Made by a program: the position numbers and the translations under genes
Notes under the pieces: generated by a model
Databases searched by the model: none
The model's input: the letters and a program-made list of their open reading frames with translations, nothing else
Told to the model about the DNA's origin: nothing
Shown here: positions 51,907 through 64,000 of the stretch, piece after piece
Layout of the letters: every line of letters starts with the position of its first letter
Numbering within the stretch: position 1 is the stretch's first letter
NCBI RefSeq assembly: GCF_000181795.1
Contig: NW_003526943.1
Location: forward strand, 560,487-624,486
From: Trichinella spiralis
Lineage: Eukaryota
Length of the DNA: 64,000 bases
Reading direction: 5' to 3'

Positions 51907-53631
51907 TCACTGCATTTTAGAAAATGCTGTTGGTATCAGAATATTGGATTCCATTTTAACTACCAGTGGAACTATTCAAAAAAAGAAAAATAATCAGTTT
52001 GTTTCTCAGATCAAATAAGCATGCATAAATTACTGTTATTATTATTATTATTATTATATAAAATATTAATATGTTGGTGAAGATAGTATTAAAATTGAAT
52101 ACATTTTTATTATCTCATTAACAAATTCCTATAAAAAGTTTTTCACAAGTTGAATAAACAAAATCATAAATAAATACTAAAAAGTAATAATACTAATTTG
52201 AAAAGGTAAACTCGTTTCAGTTTTCAAATTAACTGAGATTATATTACACTAAATTTCTGTACCTGTATAAGCGACATGCATATCCCAGCCAGGTGCACGC
52301 CAATTGTCTTCTCTTAAAATACGTCGATTTTCCAAGCTCTTGTAAGCTGAACAAAAAAAAGTAATGCTAATTAAAAATGCATGCGTAAGTAAAATTACTT
52401 CTCACTTCACATACCCCAAATGTGAGTTACTTTATAAAGACGACCAACTTGGGCAAAAAATCCAGCTACATTTTGATCCCCTTTCCGGCGATAATTTATC
52501 GCTTTTTCCCTGAAAATTATTCCTCATTTTTTATCAAATGATAATTCAAAAAATGCAAAAAAAAATTTCTGACCAATTTTTTGCCCATTCGAGCATTGTC
52601 CCGGCCTACCAATTAAAAAATACATTTAGAAAAGAACAAAAATAATTGTATAAATAAATTTAAATAAAAAAAATGTATACTTTTAAAATGTAAGTTCGAA
52701 TTTCGTACAGATTTTCCGAACAACGTGGCTGTGGTTCACCCCAGAATGCAAAAGAAAGTGCCAGTGAACTGGAACGTTGCTGACACTGTTTCGCAAATTC
52801 ATCTGATAAAAATCGAATTTCCTAAAATATGAGATTATTTTCATAAATACATAATTAATAATGATAATAATTATTAAAAAAATTGTTCATACTTTATCAC
52901 GAACTCGAAGTTGAAGAGTTTCATCAACACCTGCATAACCAGTTGTAAATCTCCAAAGATGAACTACAAATATTCTCAAAATTATAAAACTACAACTGAA
53001 GAAAATAATCAAATAAGTTAGACTTTTGAAATTGAAATAGTAGTTTATGGGAAAAAAATTTTTTATTTTGACGCACTTGCTTGATCTTCTGTACCGTATA
53101 CTGTTGACCAACTGCCAAGAAGCTGAGCAGGTGATTTGTGTTCAAGCAATTTTGAGTAATTTTCGCTAAAAAAACAATTCTCCAATCCAGCATTAAACAA
53201 AACAAAAATTATTCCTCCTATCATATTAAAACAGCAAAGAACAACTTTAATTACTAATTTTTCAAATAGCTTTCCATTTTTCCAGGTTGAACGTTGTGAT
53301 CTGAAAAGAAAATTATAAAATTCAAAAACAAATAAGAAAACAACAACAACAACAACAACATACATGATATTTCATAAACGTAATTTTTATCAGAAATCAG
53401 AGATGAATGCCCTCCGGAGGCATCTTTTATCTTAGATTTTCCAAAAAAATTAAAAAGAAATCTACAATTTACTGCTGCATCCGGAAATGTTCGAAAAAGA
53501 TTCGTACGCCTGAAACTAATTTATTAATAAATAAAACACAATTATCAAACGTAATTTGATGCAAAAATAGCAACTTGCCTCATGATACCAAAATGTGGAG
53601 AAAATGATGAATAATAATGTTGAAGTTGCAT
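51907..53631 (-). CDS. NIPSNAP: NIPSNAP-family mitochondrial protein, about 10 exons
   Basis: Spliced read: HSSLISDKNYVYEISYHNVQPG, LLGSWSTVYGTEDQA, VHLWRFTTGY, LSFAFWGEPQPR..NLYEIRTYILKAGTMLEW..NW..AI.YR, AGFFAQVG.LY.VTHIWAYKSL..R...REDNW..PGWD..VAYTVPLV..MES.ILIPT.FS.MQ*. The start is 53631 or 53583. Confidence 0.93.
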
Positions 53632-53988
53632 TGAAAAATGCTAAACACAAGATTGATGTATATATATAATGGAAACAACATTTTCCAATTGCTTGTTATA
53701 TTTTCATATTAAGAAAAAAACTGACGTAGAAGAAATTTCTGATTTATTATGAAAAAGTTGATTCTTAATTCAGTTTCATTGCAGAGCAAATTTTGCCTTA
53801 AACAATAAATTAAAAATTAAATAAACGTCACTACTACTAAGTGCAATAATAATGTACAATTCGTATTATTGCAAAATAAAAAAAATGGAAAAATATGTGC
53901 ATGTGAATAGATACATTGATAAGTTTTTGCAAAATAAGACCAGTCGAAATGTAATAAATTTTAATACAACATTGATAAGTGTAAAAGA

Positions 53989-56900
53989 TTAAGAAAACAA
54001 CGAAGAAATAAACTGATCAACGCAGGCAAGTGGTGGTTCACGATCACGTCCTCTGAAAGCAAAAAATATAAATATATTGTTCACAGAATAACTTTCCAAA
54101 TTATAACATACCTATGCATGTTGGGCAATAGATTATCAATGAGGGAGTCTCTATTTTCGTCAATTCCAAAATTCAAGTGCAATGCTAGGTGCATCAAAAT
54201 CGGTACGCATTTAAATTGAACAGATAAAACTTCGTCTTTATATTCAGGAGGGATTTTCTTGATGCACACAAAGTTCACATGTCGTTCCATAGCCTAAATT
54301 CAGTAATTGAAATAATAATCAACATAATCATGGAAAAAGTAGACAAATACCAATATATACATACTCTAACAATTTCATTGTTAAAACTTGTATATTTGTC
54401 GGAATTTTTGGAAAAACAAAAAAATAGCTTTGGTGCTACATCAGGATATTTACAGCTAACTGCAAGCAGCACCTCGAGTTGCACTGAAAAGTCGATACAT
54501 AAATGTATATAACAATAAAATTATTTGCACAATTAATTAAATGCGACACTCACGAGTTTGCAATTTAAAAGATGCCTTGAAAAACCAATCCTTATTGTTG
54601 ATCAACTTGTTTTCACACTGTCGCTTCGTCGCTTCGTGATTCTACAAAATTATAACAACAACAAATAAACAAACAAACAAAACAAATAAATGCAATGCTA
54701 ATGTTGTCAGTGTATAAATAAATTGTTTCACTTGAAAATCTGCAAACGTTGCACAACGCCACGATACAAATTCAACTGCACTGGCAACTGAAGACCAAGA
54801 TGCCACACTGTCGGGATATTTCAATTCCAACGACCCTGCAAAGCAGTGATAAAAAAATTAATCATCAATTTCATTCAAAAGTAAATGAAAATATAGGCAA
54901 TAACAAATAATAATAATAATGCTTACACATGGATATCAATTGTTGTAACAGAGAGAATCTTATTCTCATTCTTCTCTTCATTGCAGCTATGACGGTGAAT
55001 AGAAAATCCAACGAATCGCTGATGTTCAAATCGCTTAAATTCAAATCTTCCCTCATCACGGTCACATCGGAACGTTGTTGCGTCACGGGCACCAGATTGC
55101 CCAAACGTTGCAACCAAAAATACATTCTCCCAATAGTTTCAATCTCTTCAGAAATATCAATTCTAGGTTGGAAAAGAATGGCAAAATGAAACAAACATCT
55201 GATAAACTAATTAATAATGAAATTTATGCTTCTGAATGTCTGATAATCAATGAATACAAAAACTCAATCACAGTTATAAATTTCCATCTACTTGTAATAT
55301 TGAAGTTTAGCAGCCATTGCCACGTCTGGACATGTAGTGCCAGAATCATTTGGAAATAGAAAATCCAACAATGATTCATTGAATAAAAAATGCCTAAAAA
55401 TATTAAAAATAACATTTCATAAAACCAGACCAAAACAAAAAAACGAACTACATACGAAAAACGCGCAGAAGATGCTTCATTGGGCAACTGAACGTTGGTG
55501 TGGACGCTGAGTAATTTCAATCCAGTCAAGTATTGCAATTTCAACGAAAGAACACATCCGTCTGAAATTTGCAAAAAAAATTAAATAACAATAATAATAA
55601 ATATGATAAATAAATTAATTTTACTATCCAGTGCAATTTCTAATTGAACAGACAATGGATGCACTGATAAATGATATTCACGTAAATTCTCTTGCATTCG
55701 CTTCTCCTCTTCAACGCGACTTTCATCTTCAACGCTGGTCAACATTTCCCCATCCGTTGTATCGGATTCCATTTCTGAAACGTCTAAACTAACAATTGAA
55801 TATTGTCTACCTGTTTGTTTGTTTGTTTGTTTATGCTTTTTCTCAAAATCAAAATATACATCAAACACAACATTTTGTCATTATTTATTACCTTGCAGTG
55901 AAGACGACCGTGCCAAGTTGACAGCAAGCTTCGTCAAATCGCCTTTAATATTAACGGATATTTTTTCATCTAGAATATGAAAATTATCAATTAAAAAAAT
56001 ACACATAACAGAATTGAACTGAACTACAATTACCATGTATATCATTGAATGCAATAATTTGCATAAAAATAAAAAACAATGGTCGTGGTAAGTGTTGCAA
56101 GCGCTCTTGAAACAGAGTGTCATTATTCGAATCCCAACCGACCAGCTCTTGCAGCGGACGAACGGCCTTCGAGAAAATTTATCTTTTATCAATTTTCAAT
56201 AATTGCATCAACAATAATTTACCTTAATAACCGATAACAACAGCGGATTAAATTCATCCAACTTTTTCTTCAAAGAAGAATTTTCGGCTATTATTTTTTT
56301 ATTCAGTTCTTCAAGTTGTTTGATTTCTTCTCCTAATCTGTAATAATTTATGTTAATAAATTTATTTATTTATGCGTGAGCAGAATATAAAATCAAAATA
56401 ACAACAACAACAACAACAACCTCTTCCGTGTTTCCAATTCCCACGCTAAACGGGCAGTGTGCAACTCTTGGGGACACTTTTCGATCAATTCCTAGAAAAA
56501 AATTCATATGTATTGAAAAAATCAAACTATAAAAAAATAAGTAAGCAAACTTTTTTCGACTCATCTGTACAAGCTTCAGCAAAGAACTGCTCCAGTGGAA
56601 GTAATGCAATTTTCTGATCATCAGAGCTGAAATCACGGAAATCATCAAATTCATTCGAAAATAATGCTCTAATTAATATTTAATTTAATTTAATTTGAAA
56701 AAAAAACAATGCCGTAACTACCTAAAGTTCAAATGATGCTCCTTTTCTTTCACTATTAAAGATACTTCTTGTTGAGCATTCTGCAGCTTAGCAAACTTCT
56801 GTTCCACCTCTTTGATTACCTGAAGAAAATTTTTAAAAAAATATTAGAATAAAAATAAAATATTCAAACGTTTGATATAAAAATTGGAACCTTTTGCAAT

Positions 56901-57231
56901 TCTTCTTTTAAAATGCTGTTCTTATATTGAAATAAACGATTCAGCTGCTTCAACAATGCCACACTGACGAGATTGTTCTCTTGCACTTCATCAATGGACA
57001 GTGTGCTCTTGTCTGTCGACATTCGCATGAGCAAGTGCTCAATGATCTGGTGAAATTCCGCTGTAAATGCACTAGCATCGGCACTGGAAGCATCTTGATC
57101 TTCTTTTTCAAAAAAAATCTAACTTGCACAACAAAAAATGAATAAAACAGAAAAAAATTATAAATAAAACAAACAACAACCTGAACATCATTTTCCGACT
57201 GTGAATCTTGTTCTTGATCTGGAAGAGCCAT
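53989..57231 (-). CDS. THOC5: THO complex subunit 5 (FMIP), multi-exon
   Basis: LLKQLNRL, LQNAQQEV, IALLPLEQFFAEA, TARLAWELETRKR, HPLSVQLEI, LSLKLQYLTGLKLLSV, IGRMYFWLQRLG, RMRIRFSLLQQL, AMERHVN and RGRDREPP occur in the same order as recalled THOC5 motifs. Confidence 0.85.
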
Positions 57232-57578
57232 GATTTTCTATTTCTGAACCTGAACAAAATATTTTCGAATCGAAACATTCAAAATTCAAATTAATACAAC
57301 ATGATCGACAAGAAAACGACAATAACGCAGAGATTTTCATCTGACTCGAATTGTAAAACATCAAACTGAACATTCACTATGGAAAAAGCAAACATTCCCT
57401 TTATTCAAATTTCAATAAAAAACTAAGGCAACAATATTGGAAATTATTTTCAATAATAACAATAATTTCACCTTTCTGAAAACAAGCAGATGCAACAAAA
57501 ATTAATCACATGATATAAAATCATGACGAAATAAAAAAAACATTTCGTTGAATCAAAAAAAATAAAGAAAAAAACAAA

Positions 57579-60500
57579 TCAGAGACCATCAAAAAGAGCA
57601 ACCCTTGATTTTGCCGAACCTGCGCCAGACTGAAAAAGTAAAAATAATTTTTAAATTCAAAAAAAAAACATATTTATCAAATTTTTAAACTCACTTTACG
57701 CAAAGTTGTATACTTGTCATCACCGAGCTGCAGGCTTTCTTGATAAGCGCGATCGAGATCGGTTTGTTGTTCTTCGACTTTTAGACCTTCAATTTCTGAC
57801 CGAAGTTCACTCAATTGTTCTTGCAAATGTTTGCTCTTTTTCAAATATTCAACTCTAAAAGCCAAATTATCAATTGAAAAAAATTATCATAAACATATGC
57901 TAATTTTCGTATAGTCAGTCTCGAAAGCAAAAAATACAACCTTTCTTTTTCAATTTCAGCAGAAAGACTTTTAATATCTCGTTCCGCACCAACTGGATCC
58001 GTATGAGAAGCCATACCGCCGAAAGTGCAATGGTCAGCGATTGGTGAACAAACCAAATGAACACGATCTTGTCCACCAGTGGGAAATTCATAATTGTTTG
58101 TCAATGGCATCGGCTAGAAATTATGCATTAAAAACTGAAATTTAAAAAACAAACAAACAAACAAACAAACAATTGCTATTTACTGAATATGGACTAGTCA
58201 TCACTTCGCGCAATTTACTCTTGGCGAGTTGTTCTGCGTTATAAGCACGCATCAGATCATTTTTCAATTTCTGTGCTTCTCTAGCTCTGAAAGAGAATTA
58301 AAAAAAATATTTTTTTAAAATAATATTTATAATTTATTCTATATTATATTAACCTGTTTTCAGATTCTTCAACCATTCTCGCAGCAATCAGCTCAGCTTC
58401 TCTGGCTTTTCTTTCCATTGAATATTTTTCCTCCTCATTCTAAAAATACTTTCCAATATAGTAGTAGAAGAAAATAATAATGTGGGAACCAAAAATAAAA
58501 AAAAACTATAAACAATTTCAAAAGCATGCTAGAAGGATAGAAATGTTCAATCATGAAAGAGGGGAGGAGGGTAAATAAAATGAAAAATTCACAGCACAAA
58601 TGACGTTCAAAAATACCCGAATAGCAGCAATACGCATACGCTGAATCTCAGCTTCCGCATCAGCGGCACGTTTCGTTAAAACAAATGCCTCTTCTTCACT
58701 GATCTGTGCTTTTTCAGCAAGAAGATCAGCAGTTTCTTCACTTCTTTTCTACCAAACAAACACATTAATTCCATATCGCTTGCATATTCAAATGCATACA
58801 ACATTTTATTAAAATTTTAAAATTATTAAATGAAATAATTTTACCAGAGCTTCTTGAGCAGCTGCAATCTGTTCTTTCAGTTTAGTCAGCTCTTGTTGCA
58901 TGCGATCCCTTTCTTTTTCAGCTTGCACACGCCGTTCTTGCTCTTTTTCCAGCTTTTGCTTTTCTGCCTGCAAACGAAAATCAAAAAATGGGCTTTTTTC
59001 TTTTTCCACGACTACATGCAACATGAATAATAATATTTTGCCTGCCGGCGAAGTCGTTCCTCTTTAGCTTGAGCTTTCATCTGCTGCACTTCCAACGTAT
59101 CAGGCTGCCTTCTTCGAAGATACAAACTGTGATTTCCAATGCACAGATCGAGAATCTGTTCAAAAAAAAAACCAAATCAATCATCATTAGGTATTCATTT
59201 TAAAATAATATTCAGATATTGGAACAAAATGCTTACCACTTTGTTCACCGCTACATTCTGACTGGTAAATGATACCGTAGCTACACTATTTTTATCCAGT
59301 GTTCGAATGAGGAACTTGAATCAATTTGAAAAACAATTAATTCTAATAAAATTTGAATAAATAAATATGGATAGCAACTTTTTTCTCTTTATAAGCAATG
59401 TTCCGTATTTCACTCCAGGCAAATGAAGCCTTCGGGATCAATTTATTGTTTTTCTCATAAACGTTCAAACCAAGAGGACCGACTCCAAGCCACAAATTCG
59501 ATTCTTTTCGATTCTGAAACAAAAATGAACATCCACTTATGAAGCTTGACCAAATCTGATGAAAACCAACAAACAAAATACATTTATTGGAAAATACTGC
59601 ATGCCATACATATCCAAATCTTGAGCTATACGCAAATATTCCAATTCCGCTTCTTCTCTGAAAATATTATTCAAACAATAATACAACACATAATTTAATG
59701 GTCATTTTTTTAAAAAAATAAATTTCAATTTACTTTGTCATTCGTTTATTATTCATCCACCATGTTTTGATCTTGTCTTCCCACATTTCACAGGTCATTT
59801 GATATTGATCAAGCACTCTTTGGGGAAGCAATTCTTCCAGCGCAAGTTCACAAATATCAATGTTCATATCACAATAATCACCGTACTTCACAAAAGAAAA
59901 TACCAACACTTTATTGTAACATAAATGGTATATTGAAAAAATAAATGAATTTTTTTACTTTAGCCTGCACAGCATATGAAGCTAATAAAACTGACGCTTC
60001 AGGAGGGCAATAAATATCCATATTGAGAACTGACTGCTTCACTTGAAGAAAAAATAAATGTTGAGTAATAATTTGAATCAGTTCTTCCGAGACATCTTCT
60101 GGAAAAAATTTTGCTAAAAAATAAAAATGATAACCATTCTCAGCTTTCTTTATGTCCTGTGAAGTAATCTAAAAAATACAATACACACACATATATATAT
60201 ACAGCTAACAAATCGTGTTTGAAAAAAAGTACATAACAATCACACCCTGAGATCAAAACTGATCCAACCAAAATAACCTTTTTTGTTAATAAATTGTAAG
60301 CCAAAATACCACGTTTCTCTCAAGCCAATTGTTCGACAAACTAGCTCGAAAAGTTCTCGGCCCGTTATCTTTTTCTAAAACAATTTGCTCTTACAAAAAG
60401 CAAAATCAAAATTCAGCTCTCATTAAATTCACAATTGAATACTGCTAATCTAAAATTAAAAGAAATCAAACTGAAAGTAAATTATTCATTTAAAGAAACT

Positions 60501-60660
60501 AAAAGGACATGTTGAAAAATTATACTGGAACATTGAATTCGAGGTCAGCATCCATGGTTGTAACCCGAACAGATAAACATTCATCAGACGACTTTGATCG
60601 TTTCTTCTTCCCATCATTAACACTCCACGTGTTACCAACTTTAGAAAAATTAGCTGGCAT
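57579..60660 (-). CDS. NF2: Merlin (neurofibromin 2), FERM protein, about 14 exons
   Basis: Merlin-diagnostic rather than ERM residues: [26 protein letters not shown], blue box [42 protein letters not shown] and C-terminus [12 protein letters not shown]. Confidence 0.95.
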
Positions 60661-62217
60661 TTATTATTCGAACCTGAAGATGTAACATTTCAAAATTCAT
60701 AAACAGCAACAGCATATTTGCCAATTTTAAAATACAGAAAATAATAATGATCGGTAAGAAAAAAAATTTTTTAATTATCTTTTTCAGTATTTTGCAAATA
60801 TATTTTAGATTAATAATATGAATTAAAAAAAATACACTTACTTCTTTAATAAAAAAACCATCGTGTTGAAAAAATAATCGTGAACTTTTCGCATTACAGA
60901 AAGTAATACAGTATAGAAAAAAGTAGGTCTTTTTAAATTAAGCTTTCTTATGTTTATTTTTTTTGTGATCAGAATTCATTAAAATGTTATAAATACTCCA
61001 GTTATATATTAAAATGTTTTTTGTGAATGTGAGACAGATGAGTATTTTAGAAAAGTTTGCATTTCATAAGAAATAGTGCCCTGGGAATTGGAAAAATTTA
61101 CACATTAAATAAAACCATAATATCTAAAAAGAACTTACATTTTGTGCATTAAAAACTTTATAAAATGCATGCTATAAAACATCAATCTCAACAAAACCAA
61201 ACATAAAGAAATTTGAAAATTTCTGGCCATTATAAATAAAATGATACGTTATAGTTGCGTTATAATAACCGTGAAGTGTTACGCATTTTTGATGATAAAA
61301 AAGTATAATTTCATAATGTTTTTACATAATGAATTTTTAAATTACGTTTTTTCCATGAAATAAAATAAAATAAAAAACGGTATTATTTAAATAATAAATT
61401 TAATGGGATATGAGTGCGTTTAATTTTCAAACATAAATAAATGCATATTTTAGATTGATGAATAAAGAAAGATGAATTTATTCGGATAAATAATACAATC
61501 ATAAAATTATTATGTATGCTTTTCAAATGAATAAATAATCACATCAACAATAATAATAATAATGCCCTTTCATAACAGAATTAAAATAGCTGTTCGTGCG
61601 TTTCTTCTTTCTTTATTTTAACAAACTTTCTGAGATAATGTTTTGTTTGGTTCATTCAAATGCCAAATGTTTAGGAATTATTTTTACAAATTTTAATTCA
61701 TTCGCCTTCGCCTCGATTTCGGATGTGTTTAACAGCTTTTTTATTAGTTATTTTATGATTTTCGTTGTTCTTGTCGTTGAAGCAGCTGTTGTTGTTGTTC
61801 CACGCTTTGACAGTGTGAGTTTATAGCCCTATCGACAGAAAGTTTATGAGCAATATTTATGACGTAAGCTTTTTCGAAATTGCGTTTGCGAAACGCATTA
61901 TTATCTTTATTAGCCACAGCGTGATTTTGCACTTCCTGTTCCGTTGTTTTTGCTTTACGGCAAATGACCGTCTGAAAAGCAAATGTTGTTTCTGAGATGA
62001 AGCTCAGTGGAATTAAGTTACAAGTCTTTTAAGCATTATCAGGCGGCAAAAATACACAACAGTAAAAGTGTTTCTAAAGTAAAATCAGTGTGAAGTAAGT
62101 GAACGGCAGCAGCATTCAGCACTTTTCAACAATCTTTGTCGAATTATAATATTGCTTATTGATATAATCGTTCAAAAATTTCAAAAGTTGGTCGATTTGC
62201 TTTGACTTTATACAACA

Positions 62218-64000
62218 ATGCAAAATTACTGTTTTAAGTGTGTTGTTTTTATACAATTATTTGCACTTTTTATTGGTATAAGTACAGCACAAACTGATAT
62301 GTCTGATCCAGCAAGCAATACTTTCAACATATCTACTTCACCTGGTTGGCGAGCGGTCGCTCGACTGCTTCGTCAATCTATCGACTTCACCGCCGATCCA
62401 TGTAAAGATTTTTTCAAGTAAGTTTAATTATCAGTTTTTTAGTTCTGTTTTTTTTTAATTTAAAAATAATAGATTTGCATGTGGAACTTGGAATAAGTTG
62501 AATCCAATTCCTGACAGCAAAGATCGACATGATGCATTTACAATTGTGCGTGACAGAGTAAAAGAGTCTATTAAAACTATATTCGAATCTGAAGAAGTGA
62601 AAAATCATTCTTCAAAAGCGCTTCGACTTGCAAAAACAGTTTACGATTCATGCATTGAAAACCAAACAACTAAAGTGAACGAAACGCATCCTTTGTGGCA
62701 GATGATAATGGATTTGGGCGGTTGGCCGCTTTTTGAATTTTTAAACTGGAATGAATCTGAATTTAACATGGAGTTGGTCATTGGGAAGCTTTGGCGCAAA
62801 AATTCTCTTCCAAGCTTGATCTCACCATACGTATCTGCTGACAAAATGAATGCCAGTGCTTACATTCTCTACTTAGACCAAGCTTATTTGGCTTTTGGAT
62901 TGAAGTCTGAAGATTATTATTTAGGCGACAGATCTGATTATGTTGAAGTGCGCGATGCATACCGTAAATTGATACAAAATTCAGTTTTACTTTTTTTGAA
63001 CGACACAAATCGAGAACCAAAATTGAATGAATTTATGAAACAGCAGATCAATGATATTTTGAATTTTGAAATTACACTTGCTGAATTGAACACACCAGTA
63101 TCTCTGCGCAGAGATGAGACTGCATTGTATCATAAATTTCGTTTTGGTCAACTTTATGAATTGACCAATTCATTTGACTGGCTCATGTTTGTCAAAGGTC
63201 TTGATTTGGTGGAATATTTGACTTTAAATACTTCCGTAATTGTTACTGACCCAACGTACATTATTCGTTTGACCAAAACGTTGAGCATAACTCCAAAAAG
63301 AACAATTGCAAATTATTTAATTTGGCGACTTGTATTCGATCAGATGATTTTCTTGGACCAAAGGTACAGAGATCACCTGTACGCATTTGTGAACATGATG
63401 AAAGGTGCTTTGGAACCAACAAGAAGTGATTTTTGCATTGCCTACATGACAGGAGAGCCAGATGATCACCGGCAATTTTTAGGTAAATATAAATTTTCGA
63501 TATTTAGCATATCAACTGATATTCAATGTACAAATAAGATATTTCAGGATATGCTGTGGGTCGTGTATTTGTGGAAAATTATTTTCCTGAAGAATCAAAA
63601 ATTCAATTATCAGAAATGATAAACAATATTATAAATGCATTTGATAGTCTAATTGACAAGATGCAGTGGATGGATGATACAACAAAGCAGTCTGCTAAAG
63701 CGAAAGCAAAAGGCATTCATGCCAGCGTTGGTTATCCTGATTTTATTTTAAATGATAAACAGCTGGATGCATTTTACAGCGGTTTGATACTTAATGAACA
63801 TGATTTGCATGAAGAGAACGCATCTACAAATAAAATTTTAAAAAGTGATTCTTTTTACGTTATTCACAACAAATTGATTCGTTGGATAATGGAAAAGCAG
63901 ATTGCAAAATTGTCCAAAAGATTTGAAAGGAAAAGTTTCGGCGGATCTCCTGCTACAGTGAACGCTTGGTATTCGAGTTTGAAAAATTCCATTGTTTTTC
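62218..64000 (+). CDS. Neprilysin/ECE-like M13 metallopeptidase, 3' end beyond the window
   Basis: N-terminal hydrophobic segment, ADPCKDFF|..ACG.W, YDSC, LGGWP, ANYLIWR, WMDDTTK..AKAKA, VGYPD and PATVNAWYS. Confidence 0.93.

Noticed and set aside
57579..60660. Ezrin/radixin/moesin assignment
   Set aside because: Has merlin-specific PPEASVLL, blue box and SAKSRVA.F tail, and lacks the ERM C-terminal actin-binding ending.
1..64000. U12-type introns, SECIS elements, tRNA/rRNA or SL RNA genes
   Set aside because: No RTATCCTT donor at a modelled intron, no in-frame TGA in intact genes, and no recognisable RNA gene by eye. A computational scan could still find some.

Overview
AT-rich, intron-dense eukaryotic DNA with short introns and TTTCAG/TTTTAG acceptors; nematode-like, probably Trichinella or another clade I species (inferred from sequence style, not proven). 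Contents in order: Exo70 (partial), chondroitin polymerising factor, a fukutin/LicD-family gene, a decayed piggyBac, a tandem array of three secreted five-PAN/Apple-domain genes (A, B, A') ending at an assembly gap, a PZP-domain Jade/BRPF-like gene with an intronic piggyBac derivative, a pogo/Tigger element with piggyBac sequence inside it, FBXW7/sel-10, a DUF5522-like gene, a PNRC-motif gene, WIP/verprolin, UBE2L3, NUBP1, NIPSNAP, THOC5, merlin/NF2 and a neprilysin (partial). Three observations stand out. (1) NF2-THOC5-NIPSNAP sit co-directionally about 350 bp apart with operon-like spacers, and these three genes are also neighbours at human 22q12. (2) The PAN paralogues differ far more in protein sequence than in their introns. 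(3) A GC-rich multi-hairpin island lies in the PNRC-like 3' UTR. All gene models and alignments were read by eye, so exon boundaries are approximate unless stated.
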